61,219 nt of DNA, taken from IMG/VR virus record IMGVR_UViG_3300023074_000002, positions 1 through 61,219 of that record. One strand, written 5' to 3'. The position numbers and the translations under genes were made by a program. Shown here one piece after another: positions 8,989 to 18,435 of this stretch. Under the pieces are notes generated by a model. The model was not told the DNA's origin. It ran no database searches and was given only the letters and a program-made list of their open reading frames with translations. This stretch comes from a virus. Its lineage: Duplodnaviria > Caudoviricetes. Position 1 is the stretch's first letter; every line of letters starts with the position of its first letter.

Positions 8989-11714
8989 TAACCGAATCTA
9001 TTTCTATCTGCCCTTTTTTGTTTCTCAACGCTTTGAATAAATCCGTTTACTCCTAATGACTGATTAGCAGTAATCTTGATATTGTCAACGGCATCAATAA
9101 CGCCGTCTAGTTTTGACGCTATTCGCTTTAACTCCTTTCTCGAGACACTTGCCTCACTACCCATTTTCGGAATCAAAGGAAGGTACAAAGGATGTTGAAC
9201 GGTATGGAACATTTCTGGCACCATTGGCACCGCGCCCCTGTGAATCTGCTCGAAAACATCGCGATACTTTGATGTTGTTTCTTTATTGAAAACAAATTCT
9301 CCTTTGTGTACCGTTCCTGCCGCTTCGTGTTTTCCTCCGTTACCCGTAAACCCCCCTTCCGCAAATCCACTTGATAAGGCATTGTTTGAACTTGAAAAAG
9401 AGGCGGTTATAGCTACTATGGCACCCGTCACAGCCGCAGCCGCAGCGATAACACGGGCAGCTAGTAAGTATGGGTCACCTTTTGCAGCCGAAATAACCGC
9501 CCCAATAGCTTCAGCAACGTTTACCGCCATTTGCGATATTTGAATAATTCTATTTAATTCTACTTGCCTACGCGCTGCATTTTCGCGCTCCGCAGTAAGT
9601 TTCTTTAATTGTTCTTCTTCTTCCTCAAGTACGGTTACATTACCGCGTTGAGCCAACTCCCTTGCTTTCTCTATATTTCCTTGCCTTGCTGCAATTTCAG
9701 CATCATAAGCGGCAATCTGTTTATCTAATATTGTGTTTATTGCAATTGAAGCGTTTTCGACAATAGCAGCATACGCTTGTTTTGTGGCATCCACCCTTTG
9801 CTGCATTAAATCTTCATAATCTTCTTTATCTTTCTGATCTTTTTTTGCCTGAAAATCGTTTTGGTCGTTCTTTATTGAATAAGTAGCGGCATCTGCTATT
9901 TGCTGTTGCGTTGGCCTATCGGATAATTCTTTATAAGCATTACCTATTAAATTGGATGCAAAAGATGTGTCTGTAATGTAGTCGGATGGATCTGCTAATT
10001 CTTTAGCTAAATCCGCGTTTATCTTTCTATACCCTGCTATTATTTGCGCCCTTAATTTATCGAAATCTTCGGGCTTAATTTTAGGGCTCCTTATTTTTGA
10101 TCGTATCGCGTTAGGAATATCTGGTGGCTCATACCTTTTGAGAACATTTGATATGGCTTGTTGTTGGCGAAGGTTGGTTGCAATAGCCGTAGGGTCGTTG
10201 CCAATATCTCCCAATTGTTGTTGTAGCGATTCTTGTGCTTTTTTTAATTGGTTTTGTGTTGCGCTTGTAATATTGTCAGCCGAAATAGTGGCAAGATTAA
10301 CGGGCGCACTTGAAATTAAAGCCTTTAACCTATTAAAGGATTGTGTTTGAGCATAGACGTAGTTGTTAAACGCCACAATATCTTCACCATAAAAGGCCTT
10401 AGCATCTGCAATGGATTTATTGTAAAACATTTCCGCGCTGGCAAGTCTTTCATTTCTAGAATTTAGGTCTAATACATTTATATTTTCTCCAAACCTCTTA
10501 TAATCTAGTATATATGCCGCGTTAACAGCGTTTCTTCTTGATGCCGCTTCCTCTTCTGCCTTTACCCTTAAATCTAATTGCTCAATGGTGGTTCTTGTAT
10601 TGTTGAAATCTGCATCCCCAAGTTTTCCTGCCGTTGCTAATGTCGTAACAAAAGAAGCAACATCCTTGCCTATGCTTATAAACCCACTTTTAATGAAGTT
10701 GAAATAACCACCTAATTCTGCCTCGTTATTTTCAATTTCCGCATTTATTCTAGCTAACTTTTCGGCAAATGTATCTACGTCCGCACCCGCTTTCGCGCTT
10801 TCTTCTGATATTATTTTAAATGCGGCGGCCGAGAAGTCGCCAGTCATTTCAAACTCTTCCCTTATCCTTCGCGCATTAATACCTAAGTTATCCAAAATTA
10901 ATACCGATTGCCTACCGATACCCATAACTATTGATTGCACTAAATAGTCAACGCTTTGCCCCGTTTCACGCGCTCTTATTCTTGCAAACTTCAAAGCCTC
11001 CGCCAACCTTTCAACGGGTAAACCAAAGTTTGAGAATTGCACCGCTTGCTTCATCAATTCAAGATCGGAAACGGTTCCTTTTGTTGCATCGCGAAGCCCT
11101 TGTAATAAATTAGGGTCGTTCAATCTTTCGAACGCAGGGCGCACACCTTCAACTTCAGCCGCTAATCTACTTGATTCGCTTATTAATTCTCCTATCTTAC
11201 CAATTACGGTATCGAATATTTGAATACCTGACCCGATACCTATACCTTGTAATATTGAGCTTTGCACACCGCCCAATATACCACCGCCACTTGCGCGTCT
11301 CATTTCTCTTTCCGCCGCTCGTATTTGCCTGTCATAGTTTCTTATGTCGGCAGTTGAAGTTGCTGAATTACGTGAAGTGCGCAAAGAATTTAAACGTCCG
11401 TTGAGTTCGTTTATAATTCCTATTTCGCGCTGTAATGATTGTTGAAATGTCCTATCCGTTTGGATAGTTCTTTGTATGGCCTGCCCTTGTTCGTTAATAA
11501 CCCGTGTTCTATTTGCGATAGCTTGGGTAAGTAAGTTTTGACGGCGCGGGTCTGTTGTTTGGTTAAGTTGGGCTTGCAGACGTGCTAAGGAAACTGTATT
11601 CCTTGCAATGGTTTCTACATTAGATTGGAATTGACGTTGAACGGTAGCAATACGTTCTTGCCCCGTTATCTCGTAACTAATGCGATGCACAATATCCAAA
11701 ATGTTATCGGCCAT
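8988..11714 (-). CDS. Tail tape measure protein
   Basis: 908 aa helical Ala/Gln-rich; GIGRQSVLILDNLGI and C-terminal GFAEGGFTG..AGTVHKGEFVF motifs typical of TMPs. Confidence 0.9.
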   Translation of the reverse strand: MADNILDIVHRISYEITGQERIATVQRQFQSNVETIARNTVSLARLQAQLNQTTDPRRQNLLTQAIANRTRVINEQGQAIQRTIQTDRTFQQSLQREIGIINELNGRLNSLRTSRNSATSTADIRNYDRQIRAAEREMRRASGGGILGGVQSSILQGIGIGSGIQIFDTVIGKIGELISESSRLAAEVEGVRPAFERLNDPNLLQGLRDATKGTVSDLELMKQAVQFSNFGLPVERLAEALKFARIRARETGQSVDYLVQSIVMGIGRQSVLILDNLGINARRIREEFEMTGDFSAAAFKIISEESAKAGADVDTFAEKLARINAEIENNEAELGGYFNFIKSGFISIGKDVASFVTTLATAGKLGDADFNNTRTTIEQLDLRVKAEEEAASRRNAVNAAYILDYKRFGENINVLDLNSRNERLASAEMFYNKSIADAKAFYGEDIVAFNNYVYAQTQSFNRLKALISSAPVNLATISADNITSATQNQLKKAQESLQQQLGDIGNDPTAIATNLRQQQAISNVLKRYEPPDIPNAIRSKIRSPKIKPEDFDKLRAQIIAGYRKINADLAKELADPSDYITDTSFASNLIGNAYKELSDRPTQQQIADAATYSIKNDQNDFQAKKDQKDKEDYEDLMQQRVDATKQAYAAIVENASIAINTILDKQIAAYDAEIAARQGNIEKARELAQRGNVTVLEEEEEQLKKLTAERENAARRQVELNRIIQISQMAVNVAEAIGAVISAAKGDPYLLAARVIAAAAAVTGAIVAITASFSSSNNALSSGFAEGGFTGNGGKHEAAGTVHKGEFVFNKETTSKYRDVFEQIHRGAVPMVPEMFHTVQHPLYLPLIPKMGSEASVSRKELKRIASKLDGVIDAVDNIKITANQSLGVNGFIQSVEKQKRADRNRFG

Positions 11715-11791
11715 TCCCTAAAGTTTGTTTTTAACGCTCTTTAGGTGGCTGAAACCTGATAGTGTTTTTGGTGTATCGCTTCACCGTTTCA

Positions 11792-11799
11792 CAAAGATA
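11792..11799 (-). promoter_or_regulatory. Bacteroidota -7 promoter element
   Basis: TATCTTTG about 80 nt upstream of the TMP start. Confidence 0.55.
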
Positions 11800-11810
11800 T
11801 AGAAATTAAA

Positions 11811-12131
11811 CTATAATTTAGTTGGTGTTGTAAATCTAAATCTTCTTTCTGTTTTTAATGGGAAAGAAACGGCTATTGGCAAGCTACCATATGCAGTTTC
11901 ATTATCCAACTTAAAGTGTGCTTCTTTCTTTACTTTGCCGTAAATGTCATAATAACTATTCCCAATCTTTGTTATCATGTGTCGCGCATCTTTGCTCCAA
12001 TAAGGCAATGCATCGGGATATACAGTTTTAAGGATACGGTAAAGCATTATGCAACTACCTTGGGTATAAACCTGCTCCGCACCTATGAACGATTGGCGAA
12101 TAGCTTTTATTAGTTCTTCTGGCTTAACCAT
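11811..12131 (-). CDS. Hypothetical protein
   Basis: 106 aa ORF coupled to the upstream gene. Confidence 0.6.
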   Translation of the reverse strand: MVKPEELIKAIRQSFIGAEQVYTQGSCIMLYRILKTVYPDALPYWSKDARHMITKIGNSYYDIYGKVKKEAHFKLDNETAYGSLPIAVSFPLKTERRFRFTTPTKL

Positions 12132-12352
12132 TACTTTTGTTTAGGATGCCTTACCGATTGCTGCCGTTTCTTTTCTACCTTCTTTGCGCGGTCGATTAAC
12201 GACTGTATTAAATCTTTCAACGATTGTACGGGCATCCCTGTTGCTGGAAGGTTGTGCTTCTTTTGTAACTTAACAGCTTCCTTTACTGATTCTTTGCACC
12301 AATCCCCTGTTACTGGCACCCCTAAGAACTCTTGCATCTTTTCGATACCCAT
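12131..12352 (-). CDS. Stand-alone peptidoglycan-binding domain protein
   Basis: MQEFLG..VTGDW..S..AVKLQKKHNLPATG fits the PG_binding_1 pattern. Confidence 0.55.
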   Translation of the reverse strand: MGIEKMQEFLGVPVTGDWCKESVKEAVKLQKKHNLPATGMPVQSLKDLIQSLIDRAKKVEKKRQQSVRHPKQK

Positions 12353-12398
12353 TCGCTATTTGTTTTGATGTTGTTTAATTCCCCCTAATTCGGGGGTT

Positions 12399-12575
12399 TT
12401 AATTTGTTCCCGTTTTGGAAATGTCTGAAGTGTTTCCATTTCGGAAAGTGTTGCCCTTCTCATGCAACCATTCCCCAACAGGCGTAAAGTCGGACATGTC
12501 AGCGTATTTTGACACTTCAAATTCTATTTCTTCAATTTCTTTATCGGTAAGGTTAAATTGGTTTCTGTCCAACAT
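12399..12575 (-). CDS. Small hypothetical protein (58 aa, not in the ORF track)
   Basis: MLDRNQFNLTDKEIEEIEF...TN*, with A-rich upstream sequence. Confidence 0.4.
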   Translation of the reverse strand: MLDRNQFNLTDKEIEEIEFEVSKYADMSDFTPVGEWLHEKGNTFRNGNTSDISKTGTN

Positions 12576-12606
12576 ATGTATTTTTTAGAGCATTACGTTT
12601 TTAAAG

Positions 12607-12677
12607 GTGTCGAATTCGATATGTTAGCTGAACTATCCGACAATTCCAGATAGTTCAGCTATTCGAAAAATTCGAAT
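12607..12677. repeat. Three tandem palindromes
   Basis: GTGTCGAATTCGATAT; TAGCTGAACTATC-N11-GATAGTTCAGCTA; ATTCGAA-AAA-TTCGAAT. Confidence 0.7.
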
Positions 12678-12688
12678 AACTCGATTAT

Positions 12689-13171
12689 TTATTTTCTTAA
12701 ATTGGCGGGGTTACATTTATTTAATATTGTTTCACTAACGCACTTAATGTTTTGTAGCTTTTTTTGTAATTCTTCTATGTCAGAAAATTTCTTTTCTATC
12801 TCATCAATAACCGCCCTAGACTCGTCAATGCCTGTCGTTTTTATTTGAATATTAAAAGCGTCAACAAAACCATGTTCATCCCTTGTCTTAACTTCTTCCA
12901 TTTCTTGTTTGGCCATCTCTATATGATAGCATGCTTCCGTATATAGCCGTAGGGTATTGCCAGATGTTGGTACCTTAATTAGCTCTTCGTAAAGCTTTTT
13001 GTATATCTCCTGCTCGTTATCGGGAGCCAACCTACTTAAGCTTTCTTCAACATCCAAAGCCCTTGCTTTTATATAGTCTATCTTTTCCCCTGGCCCTACA
13101 TTAATAGGTCTTTTTTTAAAAGAATCATAAAACTTCTTATAGATTTCTAGTTGTTCTGATTGTGTGGCCAT
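12689..13171 (-). CDS. Hypothetical protein
   Basis: 160 aa; internal repeat EQLEIYKKFYD/EQEIYKKLYE. Confidence 0.55.
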   Translation of the reverse strand: MATQSEQLEIYKKFYDSFKKRPINVGPGEKIDYIKARALDVEESLSRLAPDNEQEIYKKLYEELIKVPTSGNTLRLYTEACYHIEMAKQEMEEVKTRDEHGFVDAFNIQIKTTGIDESRAVIDEIEKKFSDIEELQKKLQNIKCVSETILNKCNPANLRK

Positions 13172-13239
13172 GTGGTTTTTGTTTAGTGTAAATATAGTAT
13201 AAACGGCGGCGCCAAATAGGCGCCAATATGGATATTAAT

Positions 13240-13524
13240 CTACGTTTCTGGCCTCAATATCGCATTTTGGGGCGGCGCTAAATTTGAGTCTTGTGACATG
13301 TTTCTGATAAAACTATCCGCTACTGCCCTTGCCCTATCCAATTCGTCTTTATTGTCTAAGGGAATGTATATGTCGTCTAGGAATTTATCAAAGTTTGGCG
13401 TGGTGCCTTTTTGCGATTCCCTCCACTTTTTCATGGATTCCTTTTGCTCATATGTTTCATTCTTTTCAGCCTCAGCCCACCACTTTTCCCAACGTTCGCG
13501 CAAGATATTTTTATTCGGTTCCAT
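13240..13524 (-). CDS. Hypothetical protein
   Basis: 94 aa ORF on the operon strand. Confidence 0.5.
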   Translation of the reverse strand: MEPNKNILRERWEKWWAEAEKNETYEQKESMKKWRESQKGTTPNFDKFLDDIYIPLDNKDELDRARAVADSFIRNMSQDSNLAPPQNAILRPET

Positions 13525-13640
13525 AATGAATTTGGATTTTTAAATTTAATGTTAGAGATTGCTCCGTCTGAATAGTATGATGTAGGAAACAACATTTTTG
13601 AAGACAATTTAAAGTCTGGCATATTATTGAAGTCCATTCG

Positions 13641-13949
13641 CTATTTTTTAGTTTGTTCCTTAATTTGTTCGTTCTTATTCTTTACAAACTTACTACTTTG
13701 AACTAATCGGTAGTAGTACATGTAAACGTTGGTATCCAAAAAGTAATCCGCCTTTTGCCTGTCTCCGTCGCAATAATTCATGGCCGTCTGTTGGAAACTT
13801 TCGTAAAGCCTATCTATTTTTGCTGTGACACTATCTGATTCAGGCTGTGTATTGTTATCTCCCGATTCCTGAAATATTCCGTGTCGTTCAAAACTGCTAA
13901 CAATTCCCGATAAGACGGCGTGGACGCGAGTCCCAAATGCAAAAAAAAA
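13641..13949 (-). CDS. -1 frame extension (gpT-like) of the tail assembly chaperone
   Basis: The -1 frame is open for 102 codons from the T9 run to TAG at 13641 (..NYCDGDRQKADYFLDTNVYMYYYRL..). Confidence 0.7.
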   Translation of the reverse strand, partial: FFFAFGTRVHAVLSGIVSSFERHGIFQESGDNNTQPESDSVTAKIDRLYESFQQTAMNYCDGDRQKADYFLDTNVYMYYYRLVQSSKFVKNKNEQIKEQTKK

Positions 13950-14368
13950 GCGTACAATTCAGGATGCTCCAATGCTAAGGTAAGTTTTCTTTCAGTCCAA
14001 AGGTTGACTACTTTGTTCGGATCTTCCCCTTCCATGAAAGTATAAATAGCACCCATTCGAATAGCGCAATCTTGGTCTACTGGATACTTTGTGCGATACT
14101 TTACCTGATTGGCAAGCATGGCAATATCGGTCTTTATCGTTGTGATAATGTCCTTGCTGTTGCACATCTTGATAATGTGATCCATTACACTATTGAGCAT
14201 GTCGGACGTAATGCCCGAAGCAGAATAGATGTTTTGGGCTGATGCTGCCACCATTCGGGATATGTGGTATTCCCCCGCACTTTTTACTTTGTAAAACAGT
14301 ATTGGCTTTTGTTCGCCTCTTTTGAGCGTAAATGCCAACTCGTATTCTGGATTGTCTTTGAAATTCAT
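13814..14368 (-). CDS. Tail assembly chaperone (gpG-like)
   Basis: 184 aa with slippery GCT TTT TTT TTG at 13941-13949 and an overlapping open -1 frame. Confidence 0.7.
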   Translation of the reverse strand: MNFKDNPEYELAFTLKRGEQKPILFYKVKSAGEYHISRMVAASAQNIYSASGITSDMLNSVMDHIIKMCNSKDIITTIKTDIAMLANQVKYRTKYPVDQDCAIRMGAIYTFMEGEDPNKVVNLWTERKLTLALEHPELYAFFLHLGLASTPSYRELLAVLNDTEYFRNREITIHSLNQIVSQQK

Positions 14369-14448
14369 TTTATCGCTTAATTTTTTGTCTAAACCCCGTA
14401 AAATCGGAGACCTTTTGATTTATATCAATTCTATTTTGTGATTAAAAG

Positions 14449-15900
14449 CTACTTTTTTATCGCTTTGAAATAGGTGTTTTTGGCAAAATCGTTGAATAAG
14501 GTTTGAAACATGTAGCGCATTGAATCTAGCATATCGTTCTTAAACATCCCCCTATCCTTTAATAACTTTGATGGCGTTGAACTTTTAATATCCACTTTGG
14601 CAGTTTGTATTTGTCGTATCAAATTTGGGCATTTTTCACCGTTAATGTAGAAGTTAGGGTAGTTGTGTATCATTGCGTTACAAAGTATCCTACTGTCCGA
14701 ATGCTCCAAATTGTGCGTGTTCAATAGATATTGCTTTTGGCTTAACCCCATTTCACCGCCTATTATCTGGTAAATGGTTTGATTGCGCCCCACATCTTCG
14801 TTCTGTCCGCTCCTATCCCCACCTAGAAATATAATACTATTTGGATATTTCGCCTTTACCCTTTGCCCTAATTCAGTAGCTTTTATCTTGCCGCTCATTT
14901 CATCAATGCAGTGTATAAAACTATTCCTTTCGCCTTTATTCGGGCTTATCTGCCATATACTTGCCTCCAATGGGTCGTTATTAACATCCATGAAAACATA
15001 TATCGGGAAGGACGGCATAAAGTTAACGTTCTTTACGTGCTTATTCCTATTAAATGAATATATCCACGGGTCTTTGTTCTGCAATACGCCCCACGCGCCT
15101 TCAGCAATCGCTTGTAATGTGGTTACGCTACCACCTGATGCAAGCTTCAAAGACTGATAATACGCCTCCTGATCAATGAAATAGTTATCTACATAGTTTG
15201 CAAAAGTTTTTGTTATGCTAATGCCATCCAATAGTTCAAACTCCGCTTTATCATCTCCCGAATATAATTCAGGGAAGAAATACTTCATTATCCAATGGGT
15301 CGAATAAACAGGGTCTGTATTGAACGATGCTATGAATTGCGTTTCCGCTTTTGTCGTTCTTAAACGCGGGAAAAGCAATTGAAAATCCCCCTTACGCCCT
15401 GTCAATTCGTCTGCATCTTCGAACTGGTCAAACTCTTCACACCAAATATGTGTAGGATCTTTAATAGACTTTAGCTTATCTGGCTTATCCGAACCGAAAG
15501 GGACAAACTTGTTGCCTGTTTCTTTGTGAACGATAACCATTGATGAGGTGTTGGCTTTTGAGTAATGAAACTCATCTTCCAGTCCTAGTTCCTCAATCGT
15601 TTCATATATCGTTTCAAAGCATGAACCGCGCACCGTATCAAAGACCTTCCTGCCATAATAGCACTTAAAATACTTATCGTGCCTGCATTTCTCAATTAAA
15701 TCTTGAACTATGAAAATGCTCTTTCCACTACCGTACGACCCGAAATATAATTTTATTTTATCACGTGTACCGAAATCATCCCAAAAACAATCATTTATAA
15801 CTATGCCACCTTTGAGCCTACGAAGTTCATCTCTTACCATTGACGGGAAAGAATAGAACTCACTTGCCCTAATCTTTTCTAGTTCCCTCACGCGCTGCAT
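14449..15900 (-). CDS. terL: Terminase large subunit (PBSX/Terminase_3-like)
   Basis: Walker A FGSYGSGKS, DKLKSI, Walker B HIWCEE, SFN coupling motif, nuclease MDVN..P and NDMLDSMRY. Confidence 0.93.
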   Translation of the reverse strand: MQRVRELEKIRASEFYSFPSMVRDELRRLKGGIVINDCFWDDFGTRDKIKLYFGSYGSGKSIFIVQDLIEKCRHDKYFKCYYGRKVFDTVRGSCFETIYETIEELGLEDEFHYSKANTSSMVIVHKETGNKFVPFGSDKPDKLKSIKDPTHIWCEEFDQFEDADELTGRKGDFQLLFPRLRTTKAETQFIASFNTDPVYSTHWIMKYFFPELYSGDDKAEFELLDGISITKTFANYVDNYFIDQEAYYQSLKLASGGSVTTLQAIAEGAWGVLQNKDPWIYSFNRNKHVKNVNFMPSFPIYVFMDVNNDPLEASIWQISPNKGERNSFIHCIDEMSGKIKATELGQRVKAKYPNSIIFLGGDRSGQNEDVGRNQTIYQIIGGEMGLSQKQYLLNTHNLEHSDSRILCNAMIHNYPNFYINGEKCPNLIRQIQTAKVDIKSSTPSKLLKDRGMFKNDMLDSMRYMFQTLFNDFAKNTYFKAIKK

Positions 15901-16456
15901 TTAGTAGTTGTTCAAACCTTTGCTTTTCTAATTCCTCACTATTTAAACTTTCGCCTTTTGTGGTAACATCTTGCTTCATTGGGGCATAATCCCCTTCAAT
16001 CTTTGATATTTCAGCCTGAATGCTTTTGATAACCTCCGAAATCTTAGCACGCTCTAAGCTATTCATTGAGCGCGTTCCCGTTACTATTTGACCGTCCGCG
16101 AAAGAATGGAAGTGCATTTTGTTGTTTGCTATCTCCAACTTTAGTTCGTCAACTTGATTTTGCAAAAGCAACAACCGTTCGCTTTTTGATTTTAAGCCCT
16201 CTTTAGCCACTTCAACCTCATTAGCGTACATTGTATCGGCTTGAGCATTTAGCTTTAATTTCGAGGCTTCCTGTTCGATTGTATCGTACATTCTGATACA
16301 CCTTTGCTTCTCTAATTTGAACGAGGTTCGTAAAAGTCCGTAAAAGTTCGTTTTCCCTCTTTCGCCGCTTGCCCAAAGACGGTTCATTTCAATGATAAGT
16401 TCGTTATCAGTGAGTTTCTTCTTAGGTTCGCTAGTTCGCGTTTGGTTCGTTTCCAC
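15869..16456 (-). CDS. Terminase small subunit (putative)
   Basis: Immediately upstream of terL; EISKIEGDYAP..QDVTTKGESL C-terminal pattern. Confidence 0.7.
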   Translation of the reverse strand: METNQTRTSEPKKKLTDNELIIEMNRLWASGERGKTNFYGLLRTSFKLEKQRCIRMYDTIEQEASKLKLNAQADTMYANEVEVAKEGLKSKSERLLLLQNQVDELKLEIANNKMHFHSFADGQIVTGTRSMNSLERAKISEVIKSIQAEISKIEGDYAPMKQDVTTKGESLNSEELEKQRFEQLLNAAREGTRKD

Positions 16457-16533
16457 AATATCAAAGATAGATATTTATTTTGTAATGCAAATATTACCGT
16501 CTGTTTCTGTCTTTTTGTTTTGTTGTTCCTGCA

Positions 16534-16779
16534 TTATTCAAATTCTGCGCACACGAAATACGTTCTTGGTATATGGAACATTCCGCCATCCCCCTCTAGA
16601 TCATTTAAAAACATTATTAGGTGTGTATTATAGGTTGTGTCATAGTCTATTCTTTCGCCGATGCCAATTGATATCGGCGTGTAGTAGTACCCTTTTATTG
16701 GGCAAACTGTTTCTTTGGGCTGCTCTTTCTTGCAAGATGCCAGCATTGCTATCAATGCGATTAATATTAGTTTTTTCAT
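16534..16779 (-). CDS. Small lipoprotein
   Basis: MKK-hydrophobic-LASC lipobox followed by KKE. Confidence 0.65.
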   Translation of the reverse strand: MKKLILIALIAMLASCKKEQPKETVCPIKGYYYTPISIGIGERIDYDTTYNTHLIMFLNDLEGDGGMFHIPRTYFVCAEFE

Positions 16780-16967
16780 ATCTCTTTCATTTTAATATCC
16801 CTCAAAGCAAGTACATACTTTTTGGTGTTGGTTTCTAAATGGTATTCTACGTGCATTACGCTCCAATCTTCGTTCTGGATTATTACGCTGCTTCCCTTTT
16901 GTAGGTTAGGGTCTTCGGGTAAATATGTTATTAGGTCTTTGTGTTGGTCTAGTAGTTCAAATTTCAT
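16776..16967 (-). CDS. Hypothetical protein
   Basis: 63 aa, ATGA-coupled to neighbours. Confidence 0.55.
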   Translation of the reverse strand: MKFELLDQHKDLITYLPEDPNLQKGSSVIIQNEDWSVMHVEYHLETNTKKYVLALRDIKMKEI

Positions 16968-17179
16968 GACTCAATGTCTTTTTTTCTATTTATTTTATTC
17001 AGATATTCGGTTGCGCTGTGTATTGCCGTATCAAAATCGCCACCAACATCATATAAATCAATACCGTCCTTTGAAATGTAGACAGCCGTTTGTTTAGGCC
17101 AAAATTGGATGGATATTTCGTAATCATCTGAATATACCAAAAGGGCGCGAAGCCGTTTGCTTTGTAGTTCGGTTATCAT
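16964..17179 (-). CDS. Hypothetical protein
   Basis: 71 aa, coupled to neighbours. Confidence 0.55.
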   Translation of the reverse strand: MITELQSKRLRALLVYSDDYEISIQFWPKQTAVYISKDGIDLYDVGGDFDTAIHSATEYLNKINRKKDIES

Positions 17180-17181
17180 GG

Positions 17182-17463
17182 CTATAATATTTCATTGTCT
17201 AAAAAATCCTCTAATCCATTCCCGAAAAGATGGTAAATACTATCGAAATCTTGTTGTTTGTCACACCATATAGAAGGGCACTTTTCAATTGTTGGGTTAT
17301 CGCCACAGTCGGATTCAAAAGTTCCTTCAACAAGTTCAATAATTTGCCCTTCCTTGAAGTTGCCACTAGTTTCCAACTCATACTTTTTGCCTATTTTAAT
17401 CTTCGCTCCTACAATCAGCTTTGATTCTAATTCCGAGTAACTATTTATTTTCTTTTCCATCAT
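17182..17463 (-). CDS. Hypothetical protein
   Basis: 93 aa, coupled to neighbours. Confidence 0.55.
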   Translation of the reverse strand: MMEKKINSYSELESKLIVGAKIKIGKKYELETSGNFKEGQIIELVEGTFESDCGDNPTIEKCPSIWCDKQQDFDSIYHLFGNGLEDFLDNEIL

Positions 17464-18287
17464 TCTTGAATATATTTAGCCCCGTTTTGAAAATATAACT
17501 GCCCTTTTGATGGTGTGATTTCCTGCCCTAATACATTGAATTTCTTTCCGTTCCGATATATTATTTCACGTTTATTATTGACAAATATAACGCTCGAATA
17601 CTGTTCCCCTACTTTCATTCGCCAGTAACCGTTAGTAGGTCGGAACGTTCCTTTACTCATTGAATGTAGGTAGGTTTTGTATTCGGCCGTGTCCTTTACT
17701 TCTATCTTCGCCGACTCGGTAGATTCAAAACTTATCAGTCCGTTTGCGTGCTCGAATTTAATTATCTTGTTTCCTAATGGTGTTGGGTTGCATGTGATAA
17801 CGTCAACATCATTAGAGGCATTTCCTTGCCCTTGTATTGTTTGTCCTACGTAATACTGCGTTCCTTTTACAAAGATCGAGCCTTGGGGAGTTAATGCAAT
17901 AACATTACGGGAATTAGGGTTGCTGTTGTTGCTTATCAATGTGTGAATGTTGGTTGGACAGTCGGCAATGAGCGTATCCGCTCCTGTCATGTGGACTTGA
18001 TTTAGGGCTATTGCGACACCTCCTGTATAGATAAAGGGTATCCCGTTCAATGGGTGGTTTACTGTTATGTTCCCTACGTAGGAAACGAAATCTGCATTGT
18101 TTACGTTGTACATGTTTCCTATTGTTCCCGTTCCTGTGTGGCACTTGCTACCTGATTGGTTATTGTAGGTGTTTTGATTGCCTAAAGGAACGGTAAAGGT
18201 GCTTGATGGCGCACATGCTGGTGTTGGGCATTGAGCCGATAATGTTGTTTGAATAGCAAGTGCTGCTAATAGTAGAATTTGTTTCAT
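17460..18287 (-). CDS. Secreted protein with a T9SS-cargo-like C-terminus
   Basis: Sec signal ending LSA|Q; TPLGNKIIKF..YWRMK..YSSVIFV and FNVLGQ..GQLYFQNGAKYI motifs. Confidence 0.6.
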   Translation of the reverse strand: MKQILLLAALAIQTTLSAQCPTPACAPSSTFTVPLGNQNTYNNQSGSKCHTGTGTIGNMYNVNNADFVSYVGNITVNHPLNGIPFIYTGGVAIALNQVHMTGADTLIADCPTNIHTLISNNSNPNSRNVIALTPQGSIFVKGTQYYVGQTIQGQGNASNDVDVITCNPTPLGNKIIKFEHANGLISFESTESAKIEVKDTAEYKTYLHSMSKGTFRPTNGYWRMKVGEQYSSVIFVNNKREIIYRNGKKFNVLGQEITPSKGQLYFQNGAKYIQE

Positions 18288-18435
18288 TTTTGTTTTGATT
18301 TAAGTATTTGTAATGCTTTCTTAGCTCGTTTTTTGTCTAGGTCTTTAAGATATTTTGGCAACCATTCAGGTATGGGAGAATTAACAATTTCTTCCAGTTC
18401 CCACTTTGATTTTGTTTTAAGGTAATCATCGAATT

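Larger units (their letters stand above)
12349..13646. repeat. 13-bp direct repeat CCATTCGCTATTT (12349-12361, 13634-13646) bounding a ~1.3 kb insert
   Basis: Exact repeat; reads AAA-TAG-CGA-ATG-G on the minus strand at both gene junctions. Confidence 0.6.

Noticed and set aside
899-11404. Plus-strand ORFs inside structural genes
   Set aside because: Fully antisense to long, well-supported minus-strand genes, with no recognisable motifs
13431-13637. 68-aa ORF as a confident gene
   Set aside because: It overlaps the 13240-13524 ORF by 94 nt and has no motif; its start sits in the junction repeat, so it is possible but unsupported
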